In this document: positions 57,783 to 64,000 of the stretch, one piece after another
How positions within the stretch are numbered: the first letter of the stretch is position 1
How the letters are laid out: each line of letters begins with the position of its first letter
Assembly: GCA_964643795.1 (NCBI GenBank)
Contig: CAZXUC010000018.1
Span: 2,238 to 66,237 of the forward strand
DNA length: 64,000 nucleotides
Reading direction: 5' to 3'
Origin: an uncultured Halobacteriales archaeon
Lineage (GTDB): Archaea; Thermoplasmatota; E2; JACPAO01; JAHFTW01
The notes under the pieces: model-generated
What the model saw: only the letters and a program-made list of their open reading frames with translations
Database searches by the model: none
What the model was told of the DNA's origin: nothing
Made by a program: the position numbers and the translations under genes

Positions 57783-59360
57783 ATGATTGTCGCGCCGGAT
57801 GGCCTCGCGTTGGGACGCAAACGCGCCGCCGAGCGCCGCATCGAGGAGCCCGAAGGCTGGGCGCAGCGCCTGCTCCGGCCGCACATCCTCGGCCTGGGCT
57901 TGGTCCTCCTCCTAGCCGCCGCGATGCGGTTGTGGGGACTGGGCCGCGAGAGCATCTGGTGGGACGAGGCCTACTCGATCGCGTGGTCGCAGCACGACCT
58001 GGGCTGGCTGCTCGACTACCTCCGGACCTCGGACGTCCACCCGCCGGCCTACTACGCCGTGCTGCACGGCTGGGTCGTGGCGCTCGGGCCGGGCGTCGCC
58101 GAGACGCGCCTGCTCTCGGCCCTCCTCGGCCTGGCCGGAATCGCCGCGGCGTACCTCTTGGGCCGCGACATGTTCCGGCCCCGCGTCGGCGTGCTCTTCG
58201 CGCTCTTCGTGGCGGTGTCCGAGTTCCACCTGTACTACTCGCAGGAAGTCCGCAGCTACATCATGCTGTTCGCGGCCTCGGTGGTCTCCATGCACGCGTA
58301 CTGGCAGCTCTTCCACCGCCCGGACGCGCCGCGCCTGGGGTGGCGGTTCGCCTACTACGTGGCGGCCACGACGCTCCTCCTCTACACCCACTTCACCGGC
58401 GTGTTCGTCGTGGTGGCGCAGGTCGCCCACCGAGCCATCATCCTCGCCAACGCGCCCGACCGGAAGGCGTTCCTCCTGTGGGCGGCCAGCCAGGCCCTGG
58501 TCGCCGCGCTGTTCCTGCCGTGGTTCCTCGTGCTGCTGGAGCAGGCGGCCCGCGTCGAGCAGGGGTTCTGGATCCCGAAGCCGACGCTGGCGGCGGGGCA
58601 GCGGCCGCCGGACTTCTCGGTTGGAGGGACCTTCCGGCAGTTCACCGGCGGCGGCCCGCGGGCCTGGGTCGCGTGGCTGCTGGTGGGCAACGGGCTCGCG
58701 GCCTCCACGCTTGCCACCCTGAACCGCGAGCGCAACCCGGACGACTCCGAGTCGCACCGGCCGTACCCGGCCGCCAAGGTGCTGCTCCTGGTGGCGTGGC
58801 TGCTCTGCAGCGTCCTCCTCCCGTTCTTCCAGTCGATGTTGTCCCAGCCCATCTACCTGAGCCGCATCGTCATCCCGGCGCTGGCGCCGCTGTGGCTGCT
58901 GGCGGCCGTGGGCGTGGCACGGCTGCGGCTGCCGGCAGCGCAGACGGTCGCCGCTGGACTCGTGGTCGCCTTGGCGGTGCCCGGCCTGGCCGACTACTAC
59001 ACGACGGACGCCAAGGAGCGCTGGGACCTCGTGGTGGCCGCGGTGGAGGAGGGCGCCGCGCCCAATGCCACAGTCGTGCTCGTCGGCAACGCCGGGAACC
59101 CGTGGGCCGTGTACGCCGAGCGGCCGGACCTCCGCACCGTGCGCGCCGGGACGGCGCAGGAGGTCGCGAACCAGACCGCCGGCGAATCCGACGTCTGGCT
59201 GGTCTCGCGCCAGGATCCCGCCTGCGGCCAGCCGAGCCCCCTCGTGTCCGCCCTCGGGCAGGGGCGCCGTCTCGTCTCGTGCGAGCAGTACATGGCGCAG
59301 GGGCTGCGCGACTTCCCGTTGGCGGCCAACCCCCTGTACGTCCACCATTTCTCCGCGTGA
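57783..59360 (+). CDS. GT39/GT-C family glycosyltransferase, second copy.
   Basis: RLWGLGRESIWWDEAYS motif. Polytopic N-terminus and soluble C-terminal domain. Confidence 0.85.
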   Translation: MIVAPDGLALGRKRAAERRIEEPEGWAQRLLRPHILGLGLVLLLAAAMRLWGLGRESIWWDEAYSIAWSQHDLGWLLDYLRTSDVHPPAYYAVLHGWVVALGPGVAETRLLSALLGLAGIAAAYLLGRDMFRPRVGVLFALFVAVSEFHLYYSQEVRSYIMLFAASVVSMHAYWQLFHRPDAPRLGWRFAYYVAATTLLLYTHFTGVFVVVAQVAHRAIILANAPDRKAFLLWAASQALVAALFLPWFLVLLEQAARVEQGFWIPKPTLAAGQRPPDFSVGGTFRQFTGGGPRAWVAWLLVGNGLAASTLATLNRERNPDDSESHRPYPAAKVLLLVAWLLCSVLLPFFQSMLSQPIYLSRIVIPALAPLWLLAAVGVARLRLPAAQTVAAGLVVALAVPGLADYYTTDAKERWDLVVAAVEEGAAPNATVVLVGNAGNPWAVYAERPDLRTVRAGTAQEVANQTAGESDVWLVSRQDPACGQPSPLVSALGQGRRLVSCEQYMAQGLRDFPLAANPLYVHHFSA

Positions 59361-59370
59361 TGGGGCCAAA

Positions 59371-59589
59371 TCAGTGGCTGCCGGCGACCTTGGGGAACTG
59401 CCACGCCTTCCATTGCCCCTTTTTGCATTGATCGACCATCTGCCAGAACTGGTCGAAAAAGTGGCCGGAGTCCCATGGCCCGGGGCTGGCCTCGGGGTGG
59501 TACTGCATCGTGAAGATGGGGAGGCTCTCGTGCCGGACGGCTTCGACGACGCCGGAATCAAGACGTCGCTGAAGGCGGCGCGCAAACAC
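59371..59589 (-). pseudogene. carA: C-terminal fragment of a carbamoyl-phosphate synthase small subunit (GATase) gene.
   Basis: [21 protein letters not shown] matches the CarA C-terminus. No upstream N-terminal body. Confidence 0.55.
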
Positions 59590-59648
59590 AACTCGTGCTC
59601 GAGGTCGTCGTTGATGCGGTCACAGTCCGCGTCCGTGGAGCCCGTGCA

Positions 59649-59722
59649 TTGCCGGAAGAGGAAGAATTGGCGGCGTGGGTGAAGCGCTGCCAGACGTTCG
59701 CGCGGACCTTGCCTGCGAAGTG
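59649..59722 (+). pseudogene. Duplicated 3' fragment of the tfoX gene (last 24 codons).
   Basis: LPEEEELAAWVKRCQTFARTLPAK* against TfoX LPEEEELLAWVQRCQNFARTLPAK*. About 80% nucleotide identity to 51781-51852. Confidence 0.55.
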
Positions 59723-59731
59723 AAGAACACC

Positions 59732-60172
59732 CTACGTCACGACAATCTGGATTGGCTGGCTCCACACCTCGACGCCATCGACAAGGGCGCGGGCACGCAG
59801 CCAAAACGTGCCGGGCGTCCTCAACACGATTAGGTCGTTCTTGGTGCACCCGAGGTGCCGCTGATTACCGTCCGGGCTAGTGCACGGTTCGGGCGTGGAA
59901 AGCGACGTGGGTGCCGTCGAGATGTAGTAGTGTTCGAGGGTGGCCGGCTCAGCGTCGCCGGGCGTGGCCCAGACGGCCGTGTGGGTAGCATTTGCGAATC
60001 CCCCGTGATGCCCAAGTGTTCCATGGCGAGCGATTTCGTAGCTCACGCTGAACTGTTGACCTGCCTCCACTTGTTCTGGGTAATCCAGCCAGGCGATGGT
60101 TGCCACAGGGGCCTCAGTAAGGCAGCCGGACCCCAGCACGATGGCGACGACGAGCAACAAGACCACACGCAT
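59732..60172 (-). CDS. Lipoprotein, 146 aa.
   Basis: MRVVLLLVVAIVLGSGC lipobox. Shares the PGTF[WY]LRA...W motif with 62851..63705. Confidence 0.55.
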   Translation of the reverse strand: MRVVLLLVVAIVLGSGCLTEAPVATIAWLDYPEQVEAGQQFSVSYEIARHGTLGHHGGFANATHTAVWATPGDAEPATLEHYYISTAPTSLSTPEPCTSPDGNQRHLGCTKNDLIVLRTPGTFWLRARALVDGVEVWSQPIQIVVT

Positions 60173-60212
60173 GTAACACGCGAGCCGGCCCGATGCCCAA
60201 GTATGTTGGGGT

Positions 60213-61073
60213 TCAATCGTCGAGGTACCGCTGCACAAGTCCCTGGTACGCGTCGATGCGTCGGTCGCGGAAGAACGGCCAACCGCGGCGGGCCTTCTCG
60301 ATTTCGGCCATGTCAAGTTCGACGACCATGACTTCCTCCTTCTCGCCCGCTTCGGCCGCCACGATCCCCATGGGCTTCGCGACGAAACTGTGGCCCCAGA
60401 ATTCGAGTTCGCCCTCCTTGCCGACGCGGTTGACGGCCACGACGAAGCACCCGTTGGCAACGGCGTGGCTGCGTTGGATGGTGTGCCAAGCCTGGTGCTG
60501 CGTCTCCTTGTATTCCATCTCGCCCGTCCAGGTTCCGATTGCCGTCGGATAGAACAGGATGTCCGCTCCCTGCAGGGCCGTGAGTCGGGCCGCTTCCGGG
60601 TACCATTGGTCCCAGCACACTAGGGTGCCAATGCGGCCAAACTTCGTGTCGAAGACCTTGAAGCCCAAGTCGCCGGGCGCGAAGTAGAATTTCTCGTAGA
60701 AGCGCGGGTCGTCGGGGATGTGCATCTTGCGGTACTTGCCGAGGTACTTCCCATCCGCATCGAGGACGGCGGCCGTGTTGTGATACAGGCCTTTTGCGCG
60801 GCGCTCGAAGATGGAGCCGACGATGACGATGCCGTGTTGCTTCGCCTTCTGCGCGAGGGCTTCCGTGGTGGGTCCGGGGATTTCTTCAGCGAGGTCGAAG
60901 AACGCCGCGTCCTCTTCTTGGCAGAAATACGTGGAGGAGAAGAGTTCCTGCGTGCACACGACTTGCGCGCCCTTGTTGGCGGCTTGGTCGATGAGCGTGA
61001 GCTGGCGAGCCAGGTTCTCCTTCGGGTCGTCCGAGGCGTGGGTCTGGATGAGTCCGACCTTGAGCTTCGTCAT
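60213..61073 (-). CDS. aguB: N-carbamoylputrescine amidase (carbon-nitrogen hydrolase).
   Basis: CN-hydrolase Glu-Lys-Cys triad context (VCWDQWYPE). Length and sequence typical of AguB. Confidence 0.9.
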   Translation of the reverse strand: MTKLKVGLIQTHASDDPKENLARQLTLIDQAANKGAQVVCTQELFSSTYFCQEEDAAFFDLAEEIPGPTTEALAQKAKQHGIVIVGSIFERRAKGLYHNTAAVLDADGKYLGKYRKMHIPDDPRFYEKFYFAPGDLGFKVFDTKFGRIGTLVCWDQWYPEAARLTALQGADILFYPTAIGTWTGEMEYKETQHQAWHTIQRSHAVANGCFVVAVNRVGKEGELEFWGHSFVAKPMGIVAAEAGEKEEVMVVELDMAEIEKARRGWPFFRDRRIDAYQGLVQRYLDD

Positions 61074-61174
61074 TGCAGACCGTCCACCGCGTGTCAGGCT
61101 TCAGGATTTGGGTGATGGGGCGCCGCTTGGTAGTCCCTCTGCCGCTTCGAGGTCATCCCCTCCGCAATCGGGCC

Positions 61175-62089
61175 CTACACCTTCACCGCGACCTTCGCCG
61201 CCCCAAGTTCAATCGGGCGCTCAGCATCCGGCCAACTCCACTCGGACCAGGACCCCGGGTACAATGCAGCAGTACCCATTCCTGCGATCTCCAATGCCAA
61301 CACGAGGTGCGCGGAAGTGACGCCCGAACCACAATAGCAAGCGACGCGTCCCGTCTCTTGCACGCCCAGGAACGCCTCGTACTTGGCGCGCAATTCGTCG
61401 GGGGAGAGGAACATCATGCCTTGCCCGATGTTGCCGCCGAAGGGCATACTGATGGCGCCAGGGATATGGCCGGCGCGTTTGTCGACTGGCTCGACTTCGC
61501 CGCGGTACCGTTCGCCGGCCCGAGCATCGACGAGCTGGTACGCGGCGAGTTGGCCGAGTTCGGCCTCGATGCGTGTCGTGTCAATTATCGGCATGTTGCC
61601 AGGAGCGCCGGTGAACGCGATTGGCGTGCGGGGCTTCTCATGGCCGGCAGACTGCGCCAGTTTCAGCGCCTTCCACCGCGACAGGCCACCGTCGAGGACG
61701 GCTACGTTCTTGTGACCGTAGTGGCGCAGGAGCCACCACAATCGGCTCGCCCATTGGCCTGCTTGGTCATCGTAGCAGACCACCTGCGTGTCGGGGCCGA
61801 TGCCGTGTTGCCCGACGAAGCGCTGGAACGCACCGGGGATGGGGAGCGGGTGGCGGCCCTTGCGGCCGTCCCCGACGGGTCCGGATAGGTCGCGGTCGAC
61901 ATGCGCAAAATAGGCGCCGGGGATGTGCGCCTTGCCATACTCGCGCAGGCCCTTTTCGGCGTCCGCGAGGTCATATCGGCAATCGAAGACGACCCAATCG
62001 GGGTCCGCCACGTGCTCAAACGTCGTCTCACACGACACGAGGGGGGCATGGTGTTCGCGCGCCACGACGCCGCGACCGGCATCAGCCAC
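61175..62089 (-). CDS. Thiosulfate/3-mercaptopyruvate sulfurtransferase (tandem rhodanese).
   Basis: Two rhodanese domains. Active-site CYCGSGVTS. Confidence 0.85.
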   Translation of the reverse strand: MADAGRGVVAREHHAPLVSCETTFEHVADPDWVVFDCRYDLADAEKGLREYGKAHIPGAYFAHVDRDLSGPVGDGRKGRHPLPIPGAFQRFVGQHGIGPDTQVVCYDDQAGQWASRLWWLLRHYGHKNVAVLDGGLSRWKALKLAQSAGHEKPRTPIAFTGAPGNMPIIDTTRIEAELGQLAAYQLVDARAGERYRGEVEPVDKRAGHIPGAISMPFGGNIGQGMMFLSPDELRAKYEAFLGVQETGRVACYCGSGVTSAHLVLALEIAGMGTAALYPGSWSEWSWPDAERPIELGAAKVAVKV

Positions 62090-62159
62090 TTAAGGTTCGG
62101 CCCAAGGGCGCGGCTGGTGCGGGGCCGGTGTGGGCGACGACCTTGTGGCATGGTTCCGA

Positions 62160-62747
62160 CTACCGGCTCAGGTGGTAGTAGCCGCGCGTGCCCAACACGT
62201 TGGCGTTGTCACCTTGCAGCTCCACGATGACGCTCGCTGCGTTGTTCGTCTCATCGACCTCGTCCAAGGTCCCCAAACCGTCGGCCAGCGACACGAGCTC
62301 ATAGACGCCATCGGCGACGTCGGACACTTCGACGTATTGGTCCGTCAACCCGGACGTGTATAAGTCATACCAACCGACGCTTACGCCCATCGACCAGCCA
62401 GTTTCGTCCGGAACCAGACAATTCGTCTCGGCGAATTCCGTCTGCGCCGGCTCGATTTCGTCGTCCTCGATTTCGCCGACGTCCAAGAAACAGAATCCAG
62501 CCTTGTGGTGCGCCGAGACTTCCTCGCCGCGCAACCCCGTCACAGGGTCGTAGGCATGGAGGGAGAACGCAGCGAGGCCGGTGTAGTGCCAATGGCTATG
62601 CGTGAGGTGGAAGGATGCCTCTCCAACGTCGTGGTCACTGTACCCGCCGGCCCTGTCGAAGATGCGCTGTGAAAAGCGCCCCTCTCCCCCCAATGCCATG
62701 GCGCCGCGTTCGAACGCTAGGTTCACTTGCAGCGGACCTTCACCCAT
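62160..62747 (-). CDS. Lysyl-oxidase-like copper amine oxidase domain protein.
   Basis: FHLTHSHWHYTG resembles the LOX copper-binding His cluster. Confidence 0.6.
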   Translation of the reverse strand: MGEGPLQVNLAFERGAMALGGEGRFSQRIFDRAGGYSDHDVGEASFHLTHSHWHYTGLAAFSLHAYDPVTGLRGEEVSAHHKAGFCFLDVGEIEDDEIEPAQTEFAETNCLVPDETGWSMGVSVGWYDLYTSGLTDQYVEVSDVADGVYELVSLADGLGTLDEVDETNNAASVIVELQGDNANVLGTRGYYHLSR

Positions 62748-62850
62748 GTTGCCAACGGCGTTCGATAGGCGCAGGCACTTGCGGGCGCCTTGTGCATGCC
62801 ATGCGTACTTGCGGCGGTCTAGAAATCCCTTGTGCGCCCAACGTGAACGC

Positions 62851-63705
62851 CTAGGCGCTAAGTTTCACGGTAATCTTCAGGGCTTGTTTCTGGACGTCGT
62901 CCGTCTCCAATTCGTAGACGCCCGGCACCGTGAGAAGAATCTCGGCGGACGTCATTTGGGCGGGAACCGTCACCGCAGGGACGGTGGCGGGTCCGCTCAG
63001 GAAGGTGAAGACGTGGTCCTTGACGTCGTCGTTCTTGAAGGTCACCGTGTCGCCGAGGAGTATGTCCTTCTCAGCGGGCGTGGTCTCGCCCAAGAAATCG
63101 CCGGGGCTGTGGACGAACTGGTGCACGGCCCCGCTCGCCGTGACGGGTGTGACGTTAAGGCGAGTCTCGGCGCTCCAGTAGTCCTTGTAGTTGACCTCGG
63201 CGTACGCGCGGAGGTAGAACGTGCCGGGCACCGTGAAGGTCAGGTTGCCTAGGAACGTGACGGGGAGGTTATTGTGTTCCTTCTTCAACAGTTCCTGGCC
63301 AAAGGTCTCCGGCCCGGCAAGCGACGAAGCATTTGCGGCGGACGTGCGGTAGCGGATGGATGTGAGCATGCTATGCGCGCCGACCAGGCTGCCGTTGTCA
63401 AGTTCCCACGAGAAGGAGGTGGACTTGTACGCGCCGAGGCTCGCTGGGATCCCGAGGAGCCGGACGCTTGGGGGTTCCGGGCACGAGGCGTTGGCGTCGA
63501 AGCCGGCGTCATGGTGACCGGCCACGTCGGCCAGATTGATGACTTGGCCGTCCGGGCACGTGAAGGTATCCTCGTGCGCATCTCCGCCCTTCTTCGAGCA
63601 GCCGGAGAGAAGCAGCGTGAACAGGGTGGCAACGGCCAACAGTTTCTGCACGACGACGGCGAGGTTTCCTGCCTTATGGGCTTTCTGTAGGGGGGCCTGC
63701 TGCAT
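62851..63705 (-). CDS. Lipoprotein (paralogous domain to 59732..60172).
   Basis: ATG at 63705 (MQQAPLQKAHKAGNLAVVVQKLLAVATLFTLLLSGC). Lipobox. Confidence 0.6.
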   Translation of the reverse strand: MQQAPLQKAHKAGNLAVVVQKLLAVATLFTLLLSGCSKKGGDAHEDTFTCPDGQVINLADVAGHHDAGFDANASCPEPPSVRLLGIPASLGAYKSTSFSWELDNGSLVGAHSMLTSIRYRTSAANASSLAGPETFGQELLKKEHNNLPVTFLGNLTFTVPGTFYLRAYAEVNYKDYWSAETRLNVTPVTASGAVHQFVHSPGDFLGETTPAEKDILLGDTVTFKNDDVKDHVFTFLSGPATVPAVTVPAQMTSAEILLTVPGVYELETDDVQKQALKITVKLSA

Positions 63706-63910
63706 GCACGCGGAGCGCGCGGAACGCACGGAACGACTGACGTCGTCAGTTTCCGCGCGTTCCGTGCGTTCCGCGTGTCGCTGGCAGGGGTGGTCGCCGC
63801 CGCGCGGTCCTTGTTTCGTCGCGAGGAACGCCAACCCCGGCTGAAGCCCGCCGTCCGTTCAGGTCATATCCCGCCCGGCCCTCGCGCCAATCGTGACCCA
63901 AGCTCAAGGG

Positions 63911-64000
63911 ATGGCGCACCGCAAACCGTTGACCATCCCCGAGTTGGAGGAAAAGGCCCGCTTGGTTCGCGTCAACACGTTGCGTATGACGTATGGCGCC
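63911..64000 (+). CDS. Transketolase N-terminal subunit, 5' partial.
   Basis: MAHRKPLTIPELEEKARLVRVNTLRMTYGA resembles the split-transketolase N-terminus. Confidence 0.5.
   Translation, partial: MAHRKPLTIPELEEKARLVRVNTLRMTYGA

Overview
This 64-kb window is high-GC (about 66%) chromosomal DNA from an archaeon. The archaeal assignment rests on ribosomal protein L37e, a ZPR1 zinc finger, a Tma20/MCT-1 PUA protein, archaeal SepF, an RPA plus RPA-associated-protein operon, an archaeal-type LeuRS and PGF-CTERM surface proteins. The proteins are not acidic, so a haloarchaeon is unlikely.

Housekeeping content: leuS, purA, a metal-homeostasis cluster (arsR-ZIP transporter, nikR-like, PduO-type cobalamin adenosyltransferase), a phosphate locus (ppx divergent from pstSCAB-phoU), an SNF2 helicase divergent from a beta-CASP/RNase J-like nuclease, uspA, tRNA-Leu(TAG), rpl37e, sepF, an ACT-domain malic enzyme, the agmatine-to-putrescine genes aguA and aguB, an S8 protease, a rhodanese, a lysyl-oxidase-like protein, and the start of a transketolase N-terminal subunit at the window edge.

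Accessory or unusual content:
1. A roughly 2.5-kb low-GC island (8.7-11.25 kb) with four co-directional unknown genes, the last a winged-helix regulator.
2. A translationally coupled ppx / two thymidylate-kinase-like paralogs / small protein operon.
3. Two adjacent paralogous PGF-CTERM surface proteins built from repeated DxNxDG calcium-binding-like modules.
4. A roughly 7.5-kb glycosylation island (two GT39/GT-C transferases, an NAD epimerase, a UbiA DPPR-synthase-like prenyltransferase, a flippase-like membrane protein). It is bounded by a complete tfoX gene and a duplicated tfoX tail, and contains an IS66 transposase remnant, a Cdc48 C-terminal fragment and a carA fragment.
5. A NYN-domain gene interrupted by an in-frame TAG.
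6. At least four families of short palindromic MITE-like intergenic repeats, one of them abutting the tRNA.
7. A conserved GACTCTATAG motif in the ppx/pstS/pstC promoter regions.

No CRISPR array or rRNA was seen.
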